Below are positions 35,828 to 48,456 of a DNA stretch of 64,000 nucleotides, one piece after another. The DNA comes from Tubulanus polymorphus (lineage: Eukaryota; Animalia; Nemertea), in contig NC_134029.1 of the NCBI RefSeq assembly GCF_964204645.1, forward strand, positions 6,944,001 through 7,008,000, given 5' to 3'. The first letter of the stretch is position 1, and each line of letters begins with the position of its first letter. A model generated the notes under the pieces. It searched no databases. It had not been told where the DNA came from and was given only the letters and a program-made list of their open reading frames with translations. The position numbers and the translations under genes were made by a program.

Positions 35828-38212
35828 GTATGTTGACACGTACTCGTACATTTTTTAAAATCGTCAAAACATTTTTTACCGTCGCTTTTTCTTTCGTGAA
35901 TTTTTTTTTTGAAAAGCGTTCAGAACTTTAAGATTCCAACATCGTTTTCCATAGTCTCACAGTGTTTTGGGGTTTCTTTGAGATAGTTTTCTAGACATCT
36001 TTTCCTCGTTGTTGTTTTAAGAAGATTAAAGTATAGCGTGTTGTATAGTGCTTTAACATATTCTACCTTCCGCTGAATTGTTTAATAAACTCGACACGGG
36101 AAAAAGTACGAAAACTCTGGCACAAAAACGGCAACATGATACCATTGTATTGATACATAACATTTCTTTCCAACTGTACAACATAAATGTCAACTGTGCG
36201 TTAACATATACTACTTGAAATGTGACTAAACGCGCGTTTTGTTGGATGTTTTACGATCAATCTTTTTTATTCAATTCATAACGAAACAATACATATTTTC
36301 ATAATAACTAAGTCGATAAATCTAGTCCATGACGTTTGTTGATATCATATATGCCACATGCATTTGGCATCCTCGAACGGAATCGCGGGGGTACCGTTAC
36401 GTAATGTTATCATTATTATTACAGTTGTCGGGAATGTTATTAATATTTTCGAATTTGTCATCCGACCTGTCATCAGCAGTGGGTCTGTAGTTGACCCGGT
36501 GTCAGTTTCTAACACGAGCTCACTAAACTATTGTATATACATATGTAATATACATCTCAGACTCCTGCCTGAAGTTAATGAAAATAAGGTTACACCAAAC
36601 TGAATGTACCGGTACAACGCCCTTCATTTTATTAAAAGTAACTCGTTCGAAATCTGACTGGAAGACTTCAAAGACCGTATTCCGAACCAACACAGGTCAC
36701 CAGATCAAAAATAAACATAATTCAATACATATATAGTTCTATTGGAAGCAAAGCAAAGTGGGATGACGTAATGAATTGGCAATATGCGAATGATTCGCGG
36801 AGAATAAGACGTACAACACTTGTTCGTCGAATTTAAGTAAATAGAATTATCGAATATGAAATGAGACCATATAAGTAATTATGATGCGTTGTCTTGGAAA
36901 GTATACCGTTGATATCTATATTCGTGTATAGATCCATTCTCCGGTTCTATTGTCGTGGTTTCTGTTCGGACCGCCTATTATGTTATGTACATAAGTCTAA
37001 TTAATCTGTTTCGGGGTGGTCGAGATTTCTCATTGATATATCTGAGAAGTTCGAGGCGGGGAAGGCTATTGAAGACGGTGCGACGCGGTATCAGGTCGCA
37101 TTTCCATTATTCATATCGCAGATGAGAACGCTAAAACTAAAGGTGATTATTAATACGTGTATGCGGATACATGAATAAGACGGCTCCCTCCTAATCAGCG
37201 CAGAACATCAATTAGTCCCAACACTATATATACTGGTCATAGTTACTTCCGTTATCCCTTTCCTTAGCTTTCGAGTTGGAATTCAGAAGTTTCTGTTAAG
37301 CCAAGAAGCACTCGGTATATATGTATATATAAAAAGACGAAGAAATGCGCTGAGAACGTATATATGTATATATGTATATAATATTTCAGTATACTGGTTC
37401 GTAATACAGTTATACCAGACAGACAATGTATGCGTATATACCGTATATCTGAAGGGAGGTTTATAGTAGATTAACAACAAGAACTGTAGAAAGTAATGTG
37501 CCGCTAAGTTTAGCCACCCTACTCGACGATGTAAATGCCCAGGAAATTACCGACGTTGCCAATATGTAAGAAGAACATATAGCGCGAGTGAACTGAGTAA
37601 TAAAAATAAAAGAATGAACGCCGATAAAGACCGTTATAAAACGCTGGTCAAATACTTCACCATAGCTCCGGTGTATGCATACACCCGCATAAACCGATTT
37701 CATCGTCGGGCACTTTCGCTGCGAGTAATCTCCGCGGATAATGGCAACATCTAACGTTAATGCGATAGCTATCTATTTTTCTGACACAGTAACCTGCACG
37801 TAGGGCCGGCAATTACACCCGACGACTCTTCCCAAAAAATATCCATTCGAAGGTAATGGCGATTGAATGAAACTATACTGTATCTAATCTTCGAGATTTC
37901 CTAAAATTCAGAACGAGCCAATTTCATAGTTTGATGTACTAACCCACACTTCTCTTGTTAATTGAAGAAACGGTATCAATGTTCTGTTGGAAGAATTCTA
38001 GATAGGCTATTAACATTTGCGCCATGGTCGACTGGTGTAAAAAGCCAATACAATGATTCTTTGCAAATTTCAAAATGCATGTATTGCAGCTCATTGTTTT
38101 GGCGGGCAAAGGTCGGCCTTACGACTGGTTGTGACGCATTGCGACACGATTTTCAGCGACCGCAAGCGATGGATTCTGCCCATAGAAAACACTTGATCAT
38201 AGTGACTGAGCG

Positions 38213-38342
38213 CGTTAATTTGTTTGTATGTACTGTCTATTTTCATTGTCTGTAATTTGTATAATAACGTATCTTGTAACTGGCTTTTGCTCTTCGCAAA
38301 TTTGTAGATTTTGTGAGCAATAAATCTATCTATCTATCTATC
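38213..38342 (+). mobile_element. 3' end of a LINE or SINE with a (TCTA)n tail
   Basis: T-rich tract, AATAAA at 38319-38324, immediately followed by (TCTA)4TC. Left boundary approximate. Confidence 0.55.
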
Positions 38343-41280
38343 GCTCGTATCGTATCGCTGTTCCCGGGTCCCGTAGGTTAACAAACATAGCATTATTTTA
38401 CGGAAATTCGAGGACATAGCGATTTCGTGTAAAAATATATAACGTATACACGCAGTACAGAAATACATGAACGCTGGAGTATCCATAGACTATAGTCACT
38501 TCATTTATGAATGAAACAGCTGTCCAAAGAACAGCTGAACTTACGTGTGTAAAATGCATATTCCACTCGCAAATCGATTTTCATCTGCACGGGATTGTCA
38601 AAAATTTGAATTATCTAGTATTTTTCCTGAATAAACACGGACGTTCGATTGACGATATGTAGGCGGATTGTTAAGAAAAATTCACCCATTCCGCCTGTCG
38701 GCACGCCGAAACAAGCTTGGAATGTTTCACAAAATTGTACCGGTTCCTCGTAAACATGAGTAATGCATAAAACCGCCGAGAATCGTTCGCCAACGTGATC
38801 TTCAAAATGAAATATTGCCGACGATGTTGAAAGTTACGAATCTCGTGAACGGCACGATCATCTGTTAGTTGTTTTTTTGTGTAAAGCCTATCAAAATTTG
38901 ATCGGCGTCTTTAATGACGTATGCTGATTTCCAAATGGAAAGCAATACGATTATGGATAAATGTAGGCCTTGTATGAATGTGGGATATGTGCGCCTTTAC
39001 GATTGGTGACACATTTTGTGTGACGTGTGCGCACTTGTTTATCCACGAACTTGCGATTTTTTTTATTTATTTGAACATGCTCCTTCAGTTTATGACTATT
39101 ACTAAAGTAAATATGCTGCAACCATGGGCTGACAATAGATTTAACCCGGATATTGTCGACTGCAATTTTCGTGATGAGTTTTCCATTTACCTAATTAAAG
39201 TGAAGGATACCGTTTTTGCGAATGACAAAACAAATGATACTCCCTTTCGCTTACTGCGATAGTTCGTATGTACAGTACGCAAGCTGATGCATAGCATATA
39301 TCAACGTCTTTGTGACGGTCTCCTCTCGCTGTCGTGATTGATGACATTTTCTATCCTGAAAACGATACTTGACGGATACTGGCTCTCTAAATACTCATCC
39401 GTCCTGTGGTCGACCAAAGATCCGTATCAATTTCGCCTGTGGGCTGTCAACCAGCGCCGGTTAACTCGATTCTGGACTCCACGCGAACAACCGATAAAAG
39501 AAACAACACATAATCGAACGGAAATCGCGTTTATTTTAGCCAATCAACAGTGCCCGGCCGTCGTATTCTCGAAATTGAACTTCTAACTTACGTAATTTTT
39601 CACGTCTCGGTCTTGTCATTAAAAAACTGGCTTATCATTTCAACCCATTCTAGAAATATTTGTGTCGATTTTGAAATATGCGATTTACATTCGGTCGCCT
39701 TTGAAATGTTGGAAAATTACGCGATAAATAGCTAATCTGGTATTACTCGGCGGCATTTGCGTACACACGCAAACAATGTCCCCCATTACCAGGTCATATT
39801 CAAGCCACATATACCATAAATATATGAATACTTAATCTATCAATGGACCTTGGGAATGATGACCATTAAGCGATATTGCTACATGTATAAATCATATTCC
39901 ACGCATTTAACGTAATTACAAATTGCCGCAATTAAATTTTGAATTGTATAGAATTCTGTTACATGCGATTTGTGCTCATATACACTTATATATATCCGAC
40001 CAATTCTCCCATTGATGATGTGCATACGTCTTATAAGTCGCATCTATCTGCATTTTTAACGTCAAATTATTCAGTAAAATTTTTCAGAAATTAAGTTCGA
40101 AGTGATTGAACTTTTCAAATTCACCTATAATTCCATATGAAACCATTAAAACTGTGAGTCATAGAAGGCTTATATACTAGAGATAAATTGACTAATGGAC
40201 ACTATTTTTCAAAATAAAGATGATTTTAGTTGCCCTAATAGAAAATCAATATTTACAAATGATCCATCTATTTTCTTGATTCACTTATAATATGGCAATG
40301 TTATCTACGGCGGTGAGCCATCACGCAGTTGTTGAATGAAAACGATTTTTTTGGGGGGGGGGGGGGAATCAAAGATTATACGGCATTTACCCCCAGTAAC
40401 ACTTATGCTATCGGATCAGTACTAAATAAAGGTTATCAATACGTTTTAATAGTGAATTATCTATTTGACGTGCCGATAGCGTAAATTTCGTAGTCGATTA
40501 TCGATACACACACGTGGTGGTGTCTAATCTCAGTAACCCGTAGCTGGCAAGGTTTCTGCGAACTAATAGCCATGAATCTTCGCTTTGAACTCGTTGACGG
40601 AGCATCAATGTCTATCGCTGCAGCGTGTACTTTTTTAAATACTTTTTTCTATCAGGAAAGCTCAAATAAAGCTGACGTACTCAATCTTGTTTGCTAACCA
40701 TTCGAACCGATATTTTAACGTTTACTCGCCTCGCGAGTTTTAAGGGTCGAATGATTTACTGAAATATAGTTGTACCTAGGTCGCGTAAACCGATTGGCTG
40801 CGTCCACAATTATCATCTGCCAACATAATTAACCAATATGTATGTATCGATACGAGTGGTTCGGCTGCTTCAACGTCATCACATACGCAATAACCAAATA
40901 TACGTATTACATATACGTATTAACAGCAAGATTCTCCGTGTAGTTAACAATGTTTGTGTTATTTGTTCTTCAACGGAAATAACTTGTTTGTAATCTGAGA
41001 TCATTGCGTTGTTGTTTCTTGACTTCGCAACGCGTCTAGTTAGTTCACTATAAAACGCACCATTTTGTACAATTAATACACGCTTATTTCGTATATGCGT
41101 GCAACATTAATCGAAGCGTGTATTTTCACGCCGAATCCTGTAAAATCTAATAATCGTGGCTGACAGTTTTCTTGTCTTTGCCTCACGAAATCTCATTCAT
41201 CCCTTAGATATCTGTAGGTACGTACAACTGATTACTTCACACGTAATGAGAAAATATATTATATTGAAAGTTTATGCTCC

Positions 41281-41345
41281 TGAAGCCCAAAGCACACGGC
41301 ACCGAAAAAACGTTTTTTTTTCGGTGCCGTGTGCGTTGGGCTTCA
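41281..41345. repeat. 65-bp near-perfect palindrome (mini-MITE)
   Basis: TGAAGCCCAAaGCACACGGCACCGAAAAAAC / GTTTTTTTTTCGGTGCCGTGTGCgTTGGGCTTCA: one mismatch plus a T-run length difference. Confidence 0.95.
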
Positions 41346-43618
41346 CTATGGAAATTTTGGACAAATCCGTATCAAGTATCCTAACGCTCATCCCGAAATC
41401 AGGACTTAGAAAAGAAAAGATCGTAATACAAATCTACCCCTCGTTCCGGCTGAGCAGGTTTTCCAGAATCCTGTTTACTCGGCAATAAACACCGACTGTA
41501 ATGTATTTTCGTTTTCCACGGTCGGCGCGCTTACAGCTATGAAATACTAATTCATCTTAAACTTCCGGAAAATACCGAACAGGTTGAACTATAACATGAA
41601 AAATAGACTAGCCATTACCCGACGACAATACACGAGCAAGAGTAATGATAACAAAAAATCTTGTAGGTGTATATCACAAAATATGCGAATTCCGATACCC
41701 TGAGAATTAAAAGTTATGTTTCAGTTGATGAATTCCAATCAGGTCGTGTCATCAATTACTCTGCTACCTTTTCTTTCCCGTCGCCTATTTTCATTTGAGC
41801 TCTTGCACTGAAACAGACTTGTAATCATTGCTCATTGTAATCGCGGAAAATGCAATCAATTTAAAAATAGGGCGAACGCCAGAAAATTGCGGCTGCTTTT
41901 TTCTGCTTTTGATACAAAAAATTGGCTCGTCGAGTTTATGGCGCGCAGTGTGTGAATGATCACCCATTTTTTCCGCAAAGACCGCGGACGCCGATAATAA
42001 CATTCGAGTGGATACAATTTCAACCTAATCACACACAGGCTTTTCATACATATGAACACGACAAAAACCCATAAACGATACGTTGGTTTGTGTTCGAGAA
42101 CTATTTTTGCTGGCGCTCGGGTGCAACAGATGTAGTTAAGCGTTCTGTTTTATATCGAAATTGATTAACAATGGAATTAGACGAAATCGATCGTTTTGGT
42201 TCTGATATACTGTAACAGGTGCTCGTGTATTTGTACATACACTCATATCTGCGATTGACGACGAGACTCCCTCACTGCGGGGGAGGCGGCGAGCATGGGG
42301 TATCTTTATACATATGTATACGTAATTGAATATTTACATCGTTATCGATGAGTTAGTCGAAACGCACTAAATCCGCGAAAAAATGTGATTGATGCTTAAA
42401 TCGTTATTGATGTTCCAACAGGGGTCAGAAGGTTTAACGATGTCAGGGATAGAAAGTAATCAAAACTAAAGGACGTATTTTGGATAACGTAAACCTCTGA
42501 TTCGATTTTTTCATACAAGTTAAACATACGTATTTCATCGCCTTTGCTCCATACACACACGTAGTCTTTGCGATTCACGTCGACAAAGCAATTTAAAAGC
42601 AATTTAGAATTCTCACCATTATCGACCGCGTTCTTATTAGGTTACGCAAGGAGGTGGGAGAGGATGTGGAAAGTCAGTTCGGTCAGAATGATTACTCCAA
42701 GGTTTGGCCAAGACAAAATAACAGTTTACATATGATATATGAAATTGGGTGGATGGTGCAGACTTAAGAATCGCGCTGGCTCTCACTAAACTTGAAATAC
42801 GACTATACCTTACCAATTCTCATTCCGAATAGGTATGGAGGTGTTAATTTGCCGCGTGAGTTACTCAAGACGTGTTAATTACACTATCACTTGGTGTAGA
42901 TTCTAGAACGGGGAGATAGCCATAAGACATCACGGATGAAAATCAATCTAGTCTGACTAGATCTAGGTATTTTCGGTGCGAGAAACATGTCCCGATAATT
43001 TGACGAATTGCACGAATGTTTTACCTAAGAAAAGTTGCCTGCATTTTAGAATTTAGAATTTCACGTACATTATATGAATTCTTGATCGTAGCGAAAATAG
43101 TTTCGACACGAAAAACGTAGAAAATCGAACGCCTTTAATTGGTGGATGACAGTCAATTCTAATTAACAGTATAAGATATACCGAAATAGAATGCATATCA
43201 ATCTAATCAGCTTGAAATATCTGGCAGCAAGATGCCCGACTGATTATTCTGGTCGCGGAGTTCCCCTTTCGCTTTTCATTTATTTGCGAACGAAAAGGAA
43301 ATAAAGGTTTCCGTTCGGCTGGCGAGAAGTTGATGAATTCAAACACACTTCGACGAAGGCCGCCATTAATGAAATAGCGCCGACATGCTGGCAGTCTGCA
43401 CGACCCATGCTCATATTCGTGTAAATATAATTCGTAGCGGTGAAATGTTGAGGTATTTGAAGAGTGGCTTTGCCGAGGAGGCCGAACCATCAGGCAACCA
43501 AATAAAGGAATATTGGCTTAGCTAATCTCAGTCAATAGTAACTTAGTATAACTAAATCTTAATAATCGTCGGCGATGTTAAATTTGCGAATAGATTTTAT
43601 ACAAAAAATACCAATAAT

Positions 43619-43850
43619 CAGGGCCGGATCTATAGGAAAATTGGACGACCGGGGTCCAGATGAAAAGAAGGGGCTTTTTCAGCCATGTCATTTGCTACTA
43701 GCGCGGCCCCCTTTGGTGGAAAATACTTTTTTAAGAATTGAATATGCAATTTCCAAAAGGCTGACTGTCAAATGTGTTGGTTTTAACGATCTTTGAAATG
43801 AAGAAAGGGCCATCTCAATGCGAATGCCAGGGCCCAGACCCTCGAGACCA
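43619..43850. mobile_element. partial CAGGGGCGGATC-family element
   Basis: Starts CAGGGCCGGATCTA; no clear right TIR, end approximate. Confidence 0.4.
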
Positions 43851-46800
43851 CTCCCTGAGTAAACTCACTGTAGCCGATTAAGTATCAATTCTGTTTTGAC
43901 TTCCTTTTTCATTGGGCGCGATTTTACAACATTTCATCGCTCCTAATTACTTATATCGTGGAGTCTAAATCGTTTTAGAGTCCATGCTTCTACCAAGTCG
44001 TTCTGCATCCCAAAATACAGTATGTATGAATAAAAATCATTTTCCAGTGTAATAATGATGATATGTGATGATGTTTTTTTCCCCAATTTCATTCGACCTG
44101 TTTAATGAAATCACGGAGTTGGGAGCGGACTGCATGAAGAGGTTCTGTCGGATACTATGAAATTGCTAAACTGGCCTAATCATTACGCTAAGTAACCACG
44201 AGTTAAACACGTGAACAGTTGATATTACGTCTATATAGTACTGTAACAGGTCGTTATTCCATTAAGAGTGGTTCATTCCACATATCATATACATTAACCA
44301 GTCGTGCATTACAGTTTACAATTGACCATTTTACTACTGCTGCGTGAAATAGGCTCGGGGGAGCATCGTTAATAATTCGAAATTTTCGTTCGTGTGTTTA
44401 TACGCCCGTCATAAAACAACGATTTCGTATTTGAAAAAAATATTAATCCAATTAATATACATAATAAGTGCCCATTGAAAAACGTGGGCGATGATTGATT
44501 GAATAGTCAACTGATGATATTCATGTAGTTATTCATCTAGGAAACATTTTCCGAAGAAAACATAGAGAAAAAAAAGAAATATATCACCTATATGAAAGCG
44601 GTCCACAATAACATTGATAGAGGCCGTTTCTCATGAAACAGAATTGAAAAATTCGATTTTCTTTTTTTTTCATTCTAACACCAATCTCGTGGTTCTCAAT
44701 GAATCAATTTACATTTTTACATGAACGATCAACCACGCCTCTACCCCCGGGAGTTATGTCAATAGGGAAATTATCCCTCTCTGCTCAATAATCTAAAAAT
44801 TGGAAATTGATCAATACATTGCTTTTAACTCTAAGGAAGATATTTAACCGACGTATTAACCATGGGATCTGTTATGCCAGTACCGAGTGACCGAACGTAA
44901 TAGAAATCATTTTAAGAAGGCATATAGTAATAATTAGTCGATATGTATTATGGTAGTTCTTAAATGAAAATATTGGCTGCATCGCCATATCCGGTCACAA
45001 TACATCATTATTCGGTAAAGGTGAAAAGGAATTAGGTTGGGTGCGTTAAAAGTGTCATCAACGCACCTTAAGACTTTACCACGGAGACTTCAGAAAGTAT
45101 ATCTGACATCGATACCATTAGCATCTATACTTGAAACGAGGAATACTTTGGACATACTCTGTCAACAAAGAACTGACAGCCTTCGTGTTTCTCACCAGTT
45201 TCGGCCGTGCAACTATAGTTCTCGTGATGTACAGTTAGATCGGAGGCCTTAACATCTCATTCTCGATAAAACCTTGATGCCGAATGAATAAACACGATAT
45301 ATCCTTGTCGACGTATTTAACCTAACAAGAAACCAATTTGCAGAATTTGTTAGAATCTAGAGATGTAACCCCATTCTCTATTTTACCCGTAGTGTCTAGC
45401 ATCTTTTCGTTACGAACACTGTAATTCCAATCGCATGCATTCGGGTCCCCTTATTATGAGTTTTTTTCGTTACTTCAGGAATAAGATGTTTGATTCTAGT
45501 TTATCGACTAAAATGACATATCAAGAGCAGATTGCATCCACCGGTTTTTCCAATATTCTTAGTTTTAGTACTCCTGATTTAGCAATTTCTGTCAATAACT
45601 TACTTAATCATGCGGCGTGATTTTACATCTGCTGGAGATATTAGAATCATCGTATATATGAAGTTTTGGTAATATTTTCTGTATCAGCCTTGCAAATACA
45701 GTAATTCTGGTAACGTCCATGATTTAACATATACATAAAAGCACTTACTGATTCTAGTCAATGCATTTCAGAGAAGCGCGTATCATTAGGTTTTTTTAGA
45801 TGTATCGAAATCATTCCTAAATCTGTTATGATTATGGCGTAGGTCTACTGGCATAGATATTTAGCAGATTTCCTCTTGCTAATCTAACAAGTTTAACACA
45901 TAAATCATTATCTAACTATACAAAATCGGTCTCGAATTTAGAATATCTGAATATATCAGCGTTGAACGAGATCTGCATTCTTAATGTCTCAGGAGTTCTC
46001 TCTATACATATATATTCAAAAAGTTCCAATCGACTACAGACACTGTTCTCATGAAATTGTTCTAATGAAGCTACCGTCCGGCCTAACCAAGCCCTGTTGC
46101 TAATTCGTATCAGGTGCCGCTCAAGAGTTGTCATTTTTCATACGTTCTGGGATGGTTAAGGTGGCCTCCTCCTTATTCACCTGTCGTGACAAAACTTGGA
46201 ATTCTCCGATAAGAATTTAGCGCGACAACCGACGTGTATATAAACACCAGGAGAGAGATAAGTTGCATTTATCCCTCGAGGAATCACACGTGGAAAGTTT
46301 CCCATGGAGCCGTGACTTCTCGCTTGCTGTCCTCACCTCCAGAGATAAAAAACGAATAACTTTGTCACCGCAAAGCCGATGACGTAATACGTCTTTCGTC
46401 GAGGTAATCAACGACGTTTGATGTCAGTTCTCCGAGTTCCCTGCTCTTTTGATGCAATGAAATTAAATTCAGTCGAAAGTAACTCCTGCAATTATTTTCT
46501 TCTGGATCGAAGTGCTCGCTCGTTTCTGATTTCAACAGCTATTATACGCACTTTTCGCGGAAATATGAACTTGACGGCACTTAACGCTCAAAGATACTCC
46601 AGTTCAAGATGAAATAGGATTGGGCCGCACTGCCTACGTGCATGTATCGATATCATAGAAAACAAACACGTTTTGCAGCTGTAAAAAAATCGAATGATCC
46701 GCATTCAATTGCAAGACAATGATATAATGTTCAGAAGATTTATTGTTTGAACACGGATTTTTGAAGGATTATTCGCAAATAACCCACGCATTTTTTCATC

Positions 46801-47893
46801 AATGTCGTCGTGGTGGTATTCGAGTCGGCAAAATTTAAATACATCACTCATTTGCATGCCAGTTGTAGACGCTACAGCCACCGACGCCAATATCGTAAAC
46901 AGCGAGTTCGTTTGAAATCGTATGCAACCAGTCGCAGTCGAGTTCAAAAAATCGAAATGAAATTTTGTCATTTTGCCGATGTACGAATATGATTAAATAG
47001 AGCTCGTGTTTGCAGTGCGGCTACAAAAAACCCCTGACTGACGAACGAGATATCATGGAAAACACGGTTGATAAATAATGACATGTGCAAAATGGAAATG
47101 TGTTAGTCATGTAAATATCACGTTTTTATTTGCCAGACACTTTTTCGTGGCGGTCTCTTGTAGTGGATCATTACACATTATGCGCGGACGCAATAATAAT
47201 GATAATTTTTCGGTAATGCCGCGTTGAACGTACCATACTGGCCGCCTTGCTTGATACTCGCTTAAAACAAAAGTGGGTGCCTATTGCAAAAGTGTCGTAG
47301 CGACGGGCATTAGCGGGATTTATGGTTTGATTAGCAAATCTGGATATCATGCCTACATATCGATCGATTACGAGTTTTGATTTATGACCGGATTCCGAGA
47401 GCGTAAGAGAAAAGAGTGTGAACAGCCATTTCTTGTCGATCGTTGGCTGATTTAACACACTTTCGACAGTCTGGTATCGAGAAAATGATTTAAAACGAAA
47501 AAAGTTACGGAATACGTAATAATGTGGCTCCTAAACATATTTCCCCATGGATTCGAGAGCCAGAGGAATGTTTTCTGTTGTTGCCAACAAAGATATTTGA
47601 TCTTCATTTGTTCCTAAGACAAAAACCGACACACTTAGCCTAAATCTTATGCAATTTAACCCATTAATGTCTAGGGGCCACAACAAAATAAATCAATAGA
47701 TGCTCCTATAATTTCGAGAGAAATTCTTTGCAAGACACACGATAGCAAGATTAGATATAAAAAATGAAACATATTGGTGTTGAATGCCCAAGATTTCTTT
47801 GTCTATTATTTTGGCATCATTTTGTTCATTTTTTTGCGGTAATCGCCAAGTATGCTATATATACTAATGTTTTAGGTATCGTTTCTTTTGTAG

Positions 47894-47989
47894 GCAACAC
47901 CATATTCCATAGGATTAAAATCGCTAGTCAGCATTTCAACGTTGATTCTGGTTGGCCTTATTCTAGCGTACCATGCTATCGAAATACGG
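47894..47989 (+). CDS. SK: SK channel coding exon 2 (S2)
   Basis: tttcttttgtAG acceptor, GG|GTAAGT donor, 96 nt, phase 0/0. Reads ATPYSIGLKSLVSISTLILVGLILAYHAIEIR. Confidence 0.96.
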
Positions 47990-48322
47990 GTAAGTAACGG
48001 ATCTTCGGGTCTGTCTCTGTCGCGCGCGCGCGCGTCTCTGTGGTGTGACGTTGCTCGATGTTTGTCTACACCTCGAAGCAATCAGTATCAGTGTGAACGT
48101 CCATTCACGGCCCCTATGTCCCATGTTATGTTGTTTCCTCCACAGGGCTTATCGTGTTGATTCTAACTAACAACTGCACGCATACTCACCGACTCTAAAA
48201 TGACAGTCACGACGAATTATCAACGTCTCGTAAAGGAGAGATTGCCATTCTAAGTACCGCCATTATCGTGTGACTAATGATTTTTAATTACGAACTGGAA
48301 TCTTAATGTGTTTCGAACACCT

Positions 48323-48456
48323 CTGAGCCCTACTGCACAGTTGTGACTTAGTACAAAAGTCGTATTAAATCATAAGACTGGAATTAAGTTGTTAGATCGG
48401 CTATTGGATCTAAGATGGTCTTAAATGTAAGTCCGTAACTTTGCACCTGGCCCCAG
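48323..48456. mobile_element. MITE-like element with GGGCC-type ends
   Basis: CTGAGCCCTACTGCACAG ... TTGCACCTGGCCCCAG imperfect inverted ends. Confidence 0.5.

Noticed and set aside
40353-40366. poly-G run as a G-quadruplex element
   Set aside because: A single homopolymer after a T-run with no supporting context.
47876-47893. alternative upstream acceptor for SK exon 2
   Set aside because: It would read GTA TCG TTT CTT TTG TAG, an in-frame stop.
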